From the NCBI GenBank assembly GCA_963777505.1, contig CAVZQN010000004.1, positions 672,001 to 736,000 of the forward strand: a stretch of DNA of 64,000 nucleotides, in the 5' to 3' direction. The notes below the pieces were generated by a model. It was not told where the DNA came from and did no database searches. It was given only the letters and a program-made list of their open reading frames with translations. Source of the stretch: an uncultured bacterium. GTDB lineage: Bacteria; Acidobacteriota; HRBIN11; JAKEFK01. Within the stretch, counting starts at the first letter, position 1. Each line of letters opens with the position of its first letter. Shown here one piece after another: positions 9,656-18,626 of this stretch. The position numbers and the translations under genes are program-made.

Positions 9656-10788
9656 CGTTTCGCGGTGATTTCTAACAGATGTTGATTCAATTTTTTTCCA
9701 TGGACTTCCCAGCTGTACTTCTTGAGGATGATGTCCCGGAAATGCTTTGCTTTCTCTTTGATTGCAGGAAGTTTTTCTGAAACGGCTGAAAGTTTCGCTG
9801 AAAGATTTTCCATTGAACCATCATAGAAAAAATCAGGATCATTTGTTTCCAAAAGTGAAAGCAAACGGTCCTGGTTCAGCGTTAGAATCGGAAGCTGCAT
9901 GGCCATTGCTTCGAATAACTTCAACGGCGACCAGTAGAAGCCTAGTTCAAGGTAACGGTGCTGTGTTACATCAAATGGAAAAACTCCAACATCACTTGCT
10001 TTAAGCCACTCTGGTATTTTTTTATGAGGAACAATACCTGTAAATTGCACACCAACTCTTTGTGGTGCATTTGATATAGGTCCAATCACAATCAAACGTG
10101 CCGGCTTTTTGATCCGATTGCGCGCTGAGTCAAAGGCTTCGAGGAGTTTTGTTAGCCCATGCCATTTTCTAAGACTGCCGAAGTGAATGAATACAATTTC
10201 ATCCTTGTTTAATCCCAACTGTGACCGCAGTTCGGAACGATCGGGAAGTGAAGCAGGATCAAATAAGTTTGTGTCCGCGCCCCATTCAATCTCCCGAATT
10301 TTTTCTTTGAATTCCCCAGGTACAATTTCACTCATGGGAGAAAGGATCAATGAGGCTGCTTTTGCTATGCGGTTACGCCGTTTGCGAAGCATTCCTCCCA
10401 AGAAAAAATCAACCTTGGATTTCAAAGAACCTGGATATTCAATCATTGGTGAATTGACTTCCAGGATCGATGGAATTCCTGATGTCTTTGCGCGCAAAAT
10501 TGTTTCGCCTGCGAAATTGTAATAACGTTCAATGACTACATCAGGCCGTATTTCTTCAAGCAGTGCTTGTATTTGTTTGCCGGTTTTCCAAAGTAAATAG
10601 CGGCTTATCTGTGGGATGGTGTGAACAATGCAACCGGTTGGAAGAGAGGGCGTCGCAACGCTTTTCTGGATTATCAGATGGACTTCATGACCCTGTCGCA
10701 GCATCTCTGATGTCACTGCACAAACATGGATTGTTCCACCGTGAAATGAAGCTAAATCCTGATCGGTTGCGGCATAGATGATCTTCAT
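9652..10788 (-). CDS. GT4 glycosyltransferase
   Basis: GSLRKWHG, SPLKLFEAMA. Confidence 0.9.
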   Translation of the reverse strand: MKIIYAATDQDLASFHGGTIHVCAVTSEMLRQGHEVHLIIQKSVATPSLPTGCIVHTIPQISRYLLWKTGKQIQALLEEIRPDVVIERYYNFAGETILRAKTSGIPSILEVNSPMIEYPGSLKSKVDFFLGGMLRKRRNRIAKAASLILSPMSEIVPGEFKEKIREIEWGADTNLFDPASLPDRSELRSQLGLNKDEIVFIHFGSLRKWHGLTKLLEAFDSARNRIKKPARLIVIGPISNAPQRVGVQFTGIVPHKKIPEWLKASDVGVFPFDVTQHRYLELGFYWSPLKLFEAMAMQLPILTLNQDRLLSLLETNDPDFFYDGSMENLSAKLSAVSEKLPAIKEKAKHFRDIILKKYSWEVHGKKLNQHLLEITAKR

Positions 10789-11975
10789 TGAGACGATTTC
10801 GTTTCAGATTTTATCGTTCGAAGAAACTCACCGAGTTTGATCCCGCGATGTTCCCAGCTAAATCGTTTTACAAACTTAAATGCATTTGTGATCAACTTTT
10901 GCCGATATTGATCATTTGAAAGAACGGAGTTGATTCCTTCCGCAAGTGCTTCAGGATTTCCAGGCTCTACAAGATGTCCGGTTTCGCCATGCTGAATAAT
11001 TTCCTTAATCGTTAGTAGATCAGAAGACACAACAGCAAGACCATTTGCCATGTAATCAAAAAGTTTTAACGGAGAGTTACAACGATTCGCGATGACGTTT
11101 TTTGGTAAAGGCAAGACTCCGACTTCGCATTCCTGAATTGAATGCCGGATTTTTCCAGGCACAACAAATCCTCGAAACTCAATTTTATCTTCGAGCGAAT
11201 GTTCCTTGATAACTTTGTTCATCAGCGCGATATCATCATTTACAGTCGAGTATTCTCCTCCATACAATCGCAAAATCGCTCCATTCACCCATCTCAACGA
11301 CTCAATTAAAGTAGACATACCTTTCCACCAATAAAATTGGCCACTATAACAAATCGTACCCGCACTTTTGTTTTCCGGAAGAGTTGGTGAAACATAGGTT
11401 CCATCATGCACAATTGTATTGGGACGGCTCAATGGAAAATTTTCTTGAACAAGATCCTTCAGTGATGAACTGATAAAAACTATCCCATCTGCGCGTGAAA
11501 AAACTCGCTCTTCGCGTTTGTGAATCCGTTCCTCTTTACTTTTGCTCCATGCAACGGGCATGTAGGTTTCTTTTGCTGTAATGAAGAATAGAGTATGGGC
11601 CTCATAGACAACTTTGAATCGAAACAGACGCCGTAGTTTTATCAAAATTTCCGCGAACAAAGGATCCCTTGTGAAAATGATTTTTTCACGTGTTTTGAAC
11701 CGGGTAAGGATTTGAATCGTTCTTTTGAGCACTAAAGATTCATGCGTTTTTGATCCTGCGAAGAAAACCGGAGCGGGAACAAAATGAAAATGTAATGACT
11801 GTGCCGGCGTAATTCCGTAATACTCAAAGATGGTTGAAGGATCTGACGTGCCGGATTTTGCAATTAAGTGAACCTCATTGCCGGCTGCAGCAAGCGCATT
11901 GGCTGTCTGCAGAATCTGAATAGTATTCGCGCGAGTGGACGGAAATGCTGTGTTAACTGGATAAATGATTACCAA
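10785..11975 (-). CDS. GT4 glycosyltransferase
   Basis: RANTIQI, GQFYWWKG, SPLKLFDYMANG. Confidence 0.9.
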   Translation of the reverse strand: MVIIYPVNTAFPSTRANTIQILQTANALAAAGNEVHLIAKSGTSDPSTIFEYYGITPAQSLHFHFVPAPVFFAGSKTHESLVLKRTIQILTRFKTREKIIFTRDPLFAEILIKLRRLFRFKVVYEAHTLFFITAKETYMPVAWSKSKEERIHKREERVFSRADGIVFISSSLKDLVQENFPLSRPNTIVHDGTYVSPTLPENKSAGTICYSGQFYWWKGMSTLIESLRWVNGAILRLYGGEYSTVNDDIALMNKVIKEHSLEDKIEFRGFVVPGKIRHSIQECEVGVLPLPKNVIANRCNSPLKLFDYMANGLAVVSSDLLTIKEIIQHGETGHLVEPGNPEALAEGINSVLSNDQYRQKLITNAFKFVKRFSWEHRGIKLGEFLRTIKSETKSSQ

Positions 11976-11982
11976 TGGATCG

Positions 11983-12714
11983 TTAGCTTCCTGGTGGTTT
12001 TAATCGCAAGCCTGCAAGATGGATCAGAATTTGAGTACCGTGTTTCCAGTAGGTCCATCCTTTTTTGTAGAATCCAAGATCGAAAAATAAAGCTCGAAAG
12101 TGAAACCAGAAATTGCCTGCAGTTTCAAAAGGTGAATAGGATCGTTTCTCCGGATCACGTTGTTGTTTCAAACGTGAATAGAGTTCTTCTTTTTCCGGAA
12201 CTCGATTGTAGTTCGGATAGTGTAAGAGATGTTCCGGACAAAACTTGCGACGCCCATCGACTTCAAGAGTCTCGTGTACCGGATTTCTCCATCGGCAAAA
12301 ATCTCGATGATAAAGCCTGTAATGAAAACCGGGATAAGAAACTATGTTAAATAGCATATTGCCGTCGCGTCCGAAAGTTTTTCGCGGAAAACAATACGCT
12401 TGATATCTGGGTGCCCTTTCTTGCTGGATCTCAACAATCCGTTGTTTTAATTCATCGCTCAGTAATTCATCCGCATCAATGTTGAGGATCCATGGATTTC
12501 TTGCAAGACTGGCCGCATAATTCTTTTGCTTTGAGAAATTCTCAAACGGATGATCAACGACAATGTCTGCAGTTTGACGCGCTACGTCGATTGTTTTATC
12601 GGTTGAGCCTGAATCGACAACAATAATTTCATCAACGATATCTCGAATATTTCGAAGACACTTTGGGAGACTCTGCTCTTCATTCTTTGTAATGATTGTC
12701 GCCGAAATTTTCAT
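11983..12714 (-). CDS. GT2 glycosyltransferase (beta-1,4-glucosyltransferase/KdtX-like); start moved to ATG 12714
   Basis: MKISATIITKNEE, VDSGSTD, IDADE, VHE; TATAAT 7 nt upstream of the ATG. Confidence 0.88.
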   Translation of the reverse strand: MKISATIITKNEEQSLPKCLRNIRDIVDEIIVVDSGSTDKTIDVARQTADIVVDHPFENFSKQKNYAASLARNPWILNIDADELLSDELKQRIVEIQQERAPRYQAYCFPRKTFGRDGNMLFNIVSYPGFHYRLYHRDFCRWRNPVHETLEVDGRRKFCPEHLLHYPNYNRVPEKEELYSRLKQQRDPEKRSYSPFETAGNFWFHFRALFFDLGFYKKGWTYWKHGTQILIHLAGLRLKPPGS

Positions 12715-12752
12715 CAAGTTTATTATAACTCTGCGTCTCTGTGGTCCGTTAT

Positions 12753-12830
12753 TGGTAGGGGCGACCCTTGTGGTCGCCCATTTGCCCGTGAGTATAATTT
12801 TCTGGGCGGCCACAAGGGCCGCCCCTACCA
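12753..12830. repeat. GTAG-type REP doublet (REPIN-like inverted pair)
   Basis: TGGTAGGGGCGACCCTTGTGGTCGCCCA ... TGGGCGGCCACAAGGGCCGCCCCTACCA; 28-bp arms with 2 mismatches. Confidence 0.85.
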
Positions 12831-12852
12831 GCTTGTGGCTCGATATAATGTA

Positions 12853-13998
12853 ATGCGTATGAAGCCGCTCATTTCCGTTGTTGTTTGTACATACAACGAT
12901 GAATCAACGATCGCACGTGTGTTAGATGCGATCTCGCGATTAACATACAACCCCCTTGAGGTGATTGTTATTAATGATGCTTCCACAGATCGCACGGGTC
13001 AGATTGCCAAAAGTTTTAACGTCGCTTTAATCGATAATCCATCCAATATGGGTCTTGGTTTTAGCCAGAATCTGGGATTGAGTCTTGCGAAAGGGGAACA
13101 CCTGGCCCTGGTTCAAAGTGATTGTGAAATTCTGCAAGACGATTGGCTGGAAAGAATGCTTGAGTCGATGGTTGAGGATGTCGCTGTAGTCGTTTCCCAA
13201 CGCGAAATTAAAAACTTTGCTGAGCTTTCAGCAGGTGCGCGGTTTTTTAATGCAGTTGCCCCGCAGGATTTGGAAAATAAAGCAGGCCGGCCACTGGATC
13301 AAAATTATTGCCGGGGTAAAGCTGATCTTTACAGGACCTCAGTTCTACGCCAACTCGGAGGATGGAATCGTGCATTTTTTACAGCAGGTGAAGATACTGA
13401 TCTTTCCATCCGGCTTCGAAAATCTGGTTATCGAATTGTTCTCCATCCTTCAGCCAAAGTTCGGTATCTCTTTTCCAACCGTCAGACAACAATTGGTGGA
13501 GCGCTGAGGAAGGCGTTTTTGTATGGATCCGCGGCATATCCTCTCTACAAGCTTTATCGCTATGATGGCATTCAATCACGTACATACGCCCATGTTCTTG
13601 TGGCCGGAATCGTGATGCTTTTTCCTTTTCCGTGGATGAGTATTGCTGGTGGTGTTGCCGGAATTTTGCTGCTGGCCAATTCTTTCACATGTAAGATAGA
13701 TTCAGCCCGGCTTCCTACGTCGTTAGGAGTGCTCGCCTTGATTGCATGCGTCCCAATCGTTATGTTAAACTCGGCACACGGTTTACGAGGTGTAATGCAA
13801 GCGATTCCAGGAGGCATTCTCCTGGCTGGAGTTGCATATACAGGGTATCTGGCAGCAAAAAATACGTTCCGAAATTATCGTAAAGGCGAAAAAATTCACC
13901 GATTGCCGTCCACATTTTTGTTCTCTTATGTCTGGCGGCTCGCATCGGGCGTCGGATATCTAGCTGGAGCATTCAAAGGATTTACGAGGAAAAAATAG
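12853..13998 (+). CDS. GT2 glycosyltransferase with C-terminal TM helices (start 12853 or 12859)
   Basis: ISVVVCTYN, NDASTD, QSDC, GEDTDL. Confidence 0.88.
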   Translation: MRMKPLISVVVCTYNDESTIARVLDAISRLTYNPLEVIVINDASTDRTGQIAKSFNVALIDNPSNMGLGFSQNLGLSLAKGEHLALVQSDCEILQDDWLERMLESMVEDVAVVVSQREIKNFAELSAGARFFNAVAPQDLENKAGRPLDQNYCRGKADLYRTSVLRQLGGWNRAFFTAGEDTDLSIRLRKSGYRIVLHPSAKVRYLFSNRQTTIGGALRKAFLYGSAAYPLYKLYRYDGIQSRTYAHVLVAGIVMLFPFPWMSIAGGVAGILLLANSFTCKIDSARLPTSLGVLALIACVPIVMLNSAHGLRGVMQAIPGGILLAGVAYTGYLAAKNTFRNYRKGEKIHRLPSTFLFSYVWRLASGVGYLAGAFKGFTRKK

Positions 13999-14010
13999 AT
14001 GACATTCCTT

Positions 14011-14074
14011 TTTAACGCCGAGGGCGCAGAGTAATATTCAAATAAATTAATTACTCGGCGTACTCGGCGTTGAA
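14011..14074. repeat. Inverted pair of AACGCCGAG-type short repeats forming a long hairpin
   Basis: AACGCCGAGGGCGCAGAG (14014-14031) and CTCGGCGTACTCGGCGTT (14054-14071). Confidence 0.65.
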
Positions 14075-14091
14075 AAGATCTAGTAAAAAAC

Positions 14092-15594
14092 ATGAACATT
14101 TTGTTGATTAGTCCACCCAAATCACGGGAAGGATTTCACACACTTCGAGATGAAATCTGTTTTCAGGATGTTATTTATGTCCCATTTCCGATGAGGCTTG
14201 GGATGGTTGCGGGCATTTTGAAGGCTGATCATGACATCCATGTCATCGATGCAAATGCGATGGATTATTCGTATGAGAAGCTCGAAGAAATTATGCCTGA
14301 AGCAGACATGATTATCATCGAATCCGCATCAGGATTGATCTTTCACGATCTTGAAACATTCAGGATAGCAAAACGGAAGTTTGGTGATTCGGTTAAAACC
14401 GTTTTGATTGAAAACATCGTTGCCCCGGCATTTCCGGAGCGTTTGCTGCAAGACTTTCCAGAGCTGGATGTAATCGTTCGTGGGCAGCCTGAAGTGGTTA
14501 TGAATTCCTGGAAGAAAAATTGGGATGCAATGGAAACAGTTAACGGGCTCGCATTCCGGAAAGATGGGAAGATCGTTGTGAATCCACCCGCTGCATTGCC
14601 TGAGGATCTGAATGAATATCCGTTCATGAATTACGATGCATTTCCTATGGACAAATATTCAATCAGCTATCTCGCAGCTCCAATGTACGAGAAGGTCATT
14701 CCAGGAATCCGCTTCCGAAGTACTAGGGACTGTCCGTATGCTTGCCCCTTTTGCATCATTCAGCCGAGCGAAGTTCGTGGGTATGACAGGCGATCGTTTC
14801 AAATGACGCCCAAACGAACAATCGATGAGATGGAATATGTGATCAATCGATACAATCTCAAAGGAATCTTTTTCTGGGATGAGACGTTTACGGTAAACCA
14901 GAAGCGTGCAATGGCAATTTGCGATGAAATCATTCAGCGCAAATTGAAATTTACATGGCGCTGTCTTACCCGGATCGATACCCTGAGCCAGCCACTTGTT
15001 GAAAAAATGCACGAAGCCGGTTGTAGACACATCGAATTCGGTTTGGAGTCCGGTGATCAAGCTGTCCGTACTATGTTGCAAAAGAAATTTCCGGATGAAA
15101 AAGCGATTGATGCGATCCGGTGGACCCATGAAGCTGGAATCTCCGCAAACTGCGATTTCATTGTTGGTATGCCCTGGGAAACGCCTGAAACTTTGAAAAA
15201 AACAATTGATTTGGCCACAAAACTTCTCGCTTCAAATATTCATATCACCATGGCATTCCCATATCCTGAAACTGAATTCCATCGCGTAGCGCAGGAAGAT
15301 GGTTTGTTACTTCTTGAAGATTTCTACCCGATTATGATCAATCAAAGGGTACGCGTCGGAGCTAAACCATGGGTTAGATCGAGGGTGATGTCATCCGATG
15401 AGCTTTTTGAAGGATGGAACCAGGCCCGAAAAACAGTTAATCGGCATTATTTGATCCACAGGGTTCTATTTTCACCATCCACCTGGTGGCGATACTTGAG
15501 ATTATGCACGAATTGGGGTGATTTCTCGCGATTATCCGTGCGAGCCGCAAGGTCCCTTCAGAAAGCTTTTCTGCAACAACAACCGGCACACTGA
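14092..15594 (+). CDS. B12-binding-domain radical SAM protein (HpnJ/BchE-like architecture)
   Basis: CPYACPFC (CxxxCxxC), FWDETF, FGLESG, FIVGMPWET; N-terminal IDANA Rossmann-like domain. Confidence 0.88.
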   Translation: MNILLISPPKSREGFHTLRDEICFQDVIYVPFPMRLGMVAGILKADHDIHVIDANAMDYSYEKLEEIMPEADMIIIESASGLIFHDLETFRIAKRKFGDSVKTVLIENIVAPAFPERLLQDFPELDVIVRGQPEVVMNSWKKNWDAMETVNGLAFRKDGKIVVNPPAALPEDLNEYPFMNYDAFPMDKYSISYLAAPMYEKVIPGIRFRSTRDCPYACPFCIIQPSEVRGYDRRSFQMTPKRTIDEMEYVINRYNLKGIFFWDETFTVNQKRAMAICDEIIQRKLKFTWRCLTRIDTLSQPLVEKMHEAGCRHIEFGLESGDQAVRTMLQKKFPDEKAIDAIRWTHEAGISANCDFIVGMPWETPETLKKTIDLATKLLASNIHITMAFPYPETEFHRVAQEDGLLLLEDFYPIMINQRVRVGAKPWVRSRVMSSDELFEGWNQARKTVNRHYLIHRVLFSPSTWWRYLRLCTNWGDFSRLSVRAARSLQKAFLQQQPAH

Positions 15595-15647
15595 AAAAAC
15601 CCTTGAATTCCTCCGTAAATCTACCTAACTTGGAGTCGGAAACGATA

Positions 15648-15676
15648 TTGACAACCGACATCCGTGATGCTATAGT
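15648..15676 (+). promoter_or_regulatory. sigma70-type promoter
   Basis: TTGACA-17 nt-TATAGT with TG extended -10. Confidence 0.75.
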
Positions 15677-16033
15677 AACGAGCGGTTTGTCTCCGGTATT
15701 GTCTTGATTTCCAGTAGTTTAGAGCGAGCTTTGGAGGTCTTTAATATTGAGGGCTAATGATTCACGAAGAGCCCGGCAATCCTTTTTATCATAGTCATCT
15801 GAAAGACTCTGGATTGAATTCTTTCTTGACTCATGGTTGATTTAAGAAGGAGTTTAATCGGTACCAAAAATCGTATTCCGTGGGGTATGGTACCCGGAAT
15901 ATGGCCAGTTGTAAGCCAATTCTTCAGCTAGTAGTTAAGTAGTACTTGCAGAAAAAGGTATAAATAGGACCATTTTTACAGGGGTCCGATAGCCGCTGAA
16001 ATGCGGTTTTGGAATCAGGGAGTCTAGTTACAA

Positions 16034-17542
16034 ATGAATATTGATGGGAAGTTATTTGATTTTATTGTAATCATTTTCTATTTTTCCGTTCTTATCCTCC
16101 TTTCGATTTATGGGATCCATCGGTATGTAATGGTCCACCTCTTCCGAAAGTATCGCAACCGCAATCCAAAAATTACGAAACGCTTTGATGATCTGCCCAA
16201 GGTAACTGTTCAGCTGCCTATTTACAACGAAATGTATGTCGTCGAACGGCTCATTGAATCTGTTTGCAATCTGGATTATCCGGCTGACAAGTTCGAGGTT
16301 CAGGTTCTGGACGATTCAACGGATGAAACGCAGCAGATTGCTCGTTTAATCGTGGACCGTTACAAGAACAAAGGTGTCGATATCCAGTATTTGCGTCGCC
16401 CCAATCGGGAAGGCTTCAAAGCGGGTGCTCTTGCCTTTGGGTTAATTCATGCAAAAGGCGAATTCATTACAGTTTTCGATGCAGATTTTATTCCGCGTCC
16501 AGAAATGTTGATGCAAACAATCCATTATTTTACCGATCCTGAGATTGGAATGGTCCAGGCACGCTGGGGGCACATCAACAGCGATTATTCAATGCTGACA
16601 ATGATTCAGTCAATTATGCTCGATGGACATTTTGTGATTGAACATTCTGCTCGAAATCGTTCAGGCCGTTTCTTCAATTTCAATGGAACAGCCGGTGTAT
16701 GGCGTCGTGAAGCAATCGAAACTTCTGGAGGCTGGGAACACGATACATTGACGGAAGATCTCGATCTTTCCTATCGGGCACAGCTCAAAGGATGGAAATT
16801 CCTGTTTGCTCCAGAAGCCGTTGCACCTGCCGAAGTTCCGGTTGAAATTAATTCCTATAAGTCTCAGCAGCATCGATGGGCAAAGGGTTCCATTCAGACT
16901 GCCAAAAAAATGCTTCCAGAAGTTATGAACAGCAAACTGCCATGGTGGATTAAACTGGAAGCCTTCTTTCATCTCACAAGTAATATCTCGTACTTGCTGA
17001 TGATGATCCTGTCTTTATTTACTCTGCCATCCCTCGTAATCCGATACGAAAATGGCTGGCAAAATATTATGATTCTGGATCTTCCAATATTCTTGATTGG
17101 AACTTTGTCAGTGTTGTCTTTTTATATTCTTTCTCAGAAAGAGATTTACACGGATTGGCTTTCAAGAATCCGTTATATTCCATTTCTGATGTCGCTTGGA
17201 ATCGGGCTGAGTGTAAATAATTCTAAAGCAGTTCTTGAAGCTCTTCTCGGTTATCAAACGGAGTTTAAGAGAACCCCGAAGTATTGCATTGAGAAAAATT
17301 CTGATAATTGGCAGCATAAGAAATATCGTGTTAGTCAGAGCGCAGTAACAGCAATTGAAATTGTTTTTGCTATCTATTTTGCGTTCACGATTTATTATGC
17401 GATAGTGAACGGCTTTTACTTCAGTGTGCCATTTCTGATGTTGTTCCTTTTTGGATTTAGCTACATGGGTTTCATCTCTTTTGTTCAAGCGAACCGGAAG
17501 TGGGTGATGCTGAAACGTCCGGTTGCTAACGCTCACGGTTAA
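16034..17542 (+). CDS. Processive GT2 glycosyltransferase, cellulose-synthase-like (CslA/glucomannan synthase-like)
   Basis: VQLPIYNE, LDDSTD, FKAGAL, FDADF, TEDLDL, QQHRWAKG; multiple TM helices. Confidence 0.92.
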   Translation: MNIDGKLFDFIVIIFYFSVLILLSIYGIHRYVMVHLFRKYRNRNPKITKRFDDLPKVTVQLPIYNEMYVVERLIESVCNLDYPADKFEVQVLDDSTDETQQIARLIVDRYKNKGVDIQYLRRPNREGFKAGALAFGLIHAKGEFITVFDADFIPRPEMLMQTIHYFTDPEIGMVQARWGHINSDYSMLTMIQSIMLDGHFVIEHSARNRSGRFFNFNGTAGVWRREAIETSGGWEHDTLTEDLDLSYRAQLKGWKFLFAPEAVAPAEVPVEINSYKSQQHRWAKGSIQTAKKMLPEVMNSKLPWWIKLEAFFHLTSNISYLLMMILSLFTLPSLVIRYENGWQNIMILDLPIFLIGTLSVLSFYILSQKEIYTDWLSRIRYIPFLMSLGIGLSVNNSKAVLEALLGYQTEFKRTPKYCIEKNSDNWQHKKYRVSQSAVTAIEIVFAIYFAFTIYYAIVNGFYFSVPFLMLFLFGFSYMGFISFVQANRKWVMLKRPVANAHG

Positions 17543-17615
17543 ATCAAGCCGGTGAAAGCCGGTTCCCCGTATTAGCCGCAAACGGAATCCTGTTCGATTT
17601 CATTGGAAGGGTGTC

Positions 17616-18626
17616 ATGCGCCTGCGAACGCCAAAAATAAAGAGTGTTCAGCCTCAATTCGGAATAGAAGGGGGCAAGATTCTAATTGAGGGCACTGCAT
17701 TCGATCCTGAAGAAGCGGGATCAACTCAAGTTTTATTTGGCGAAATCCCTGGCCGGATCCTTCTCATTTCCAATTCACGCATCCTGGCTCAAATTCCCGA
17801 AGAAGTCTCAGACGGGACTCTAAGAATTAAGATTAAAACCAAAACAAGTGAGCCATTCGATTTTAAGCTGGGTACCAGACTGTCTTCTGAAGTAAATCCA
17901 GCAGACAATCCTGTATTCGATGTTGAGGGGAATCTATACGTAGCGTTCAGCGGCAAACGTGGCGAAACAGTCCCAGTATCCGTTTATCGCATTTCGCCAG
18001 ATGGTGAAATGAAACCCTATCTTTCAAATATTCCGAATGCTACTTCAATGGTGTTTGACCAGGAACGGAATTTGTATATTTCAAGCAGATTTGAGGGAAC
18101 AGTTTACAAAGCAACTCCGCAATCCGATATCACAGTTTATGCGAGAGAGCTCGGTACACCGACAGGATTGGCATTTGATCTGGAAGGATTTTTATATGTC
18201 GGTGACAGAGGCGGAAAAATTTTCAAAGTGTCGCCGGATGGCAGCTCAAGCGTCTTTGCCGAAATTCCAGAAAGTATGGTTGCTTTCCATCTTGCCTTTG
18301 ATCATGACGGCAATCTTCTGGTTACAAATCCAGGACTTTCCAGTTATAACCAGATTCTAATGGTGGATCGATATGGAAAGGTAATTCCTTTGCACGGAGG
18401 CTTTGGACGTCCACAGGGGCTTGCTGTTGATCATGCAGGCAACATCTATGTCAGCGAAGCCAAAGCGGGCGATAGCGCAATCTTGAAGATCAATCGTTCT
18501 GGTGAGATGACTTCATTTGTCGCAGGTCCTGTAATGGTAGGGCTCGCTTTTTATAAGGATCAAGATTTGGCTGTGACAGCTCCGAATGCTATCTATAAGC
18601 TCAAGCTGCCACAAAATGGAAATTAA
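17616..18626 (+). CDS. IPT/TIG domain plus beta-propeller (NHL/SMP-30-like) protein
   Basis: N-terminal PKIKSVQP..G.ILIEG..F; repeated P.GLAFD..GNLYV blades. Confidence 0.8.
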   Translation: MRLRTPKIKSVQPQFGIEGGKILIEGTAFDPEEAGSTQVLFGEIPGRILLISNSRILAQIPEEVSDGTLRIKIKTKTSEPFDFKLGTRLSSEVNPADNPVFDVEGNLYVAFSGKRGETVPVSVYRISPDGEMKPYLSNIPNATSMVFDQERNLYISSRFEGTVYKATPQSDITVYARELGTPTGLAFDLEGFLYVGDRGGKIFKVSPDGSSSVFAEIPESMVAFHLAFDHDGNLLVTNPGLSSYNQILMVDRYGKVIPLHGGFGRPQGLAVDHAGNIYVSEAKAGDSAILKINRSGEMTSFVAGPVMVGLAFYKDQDLAVTAPNAIYKLKLPQNGN

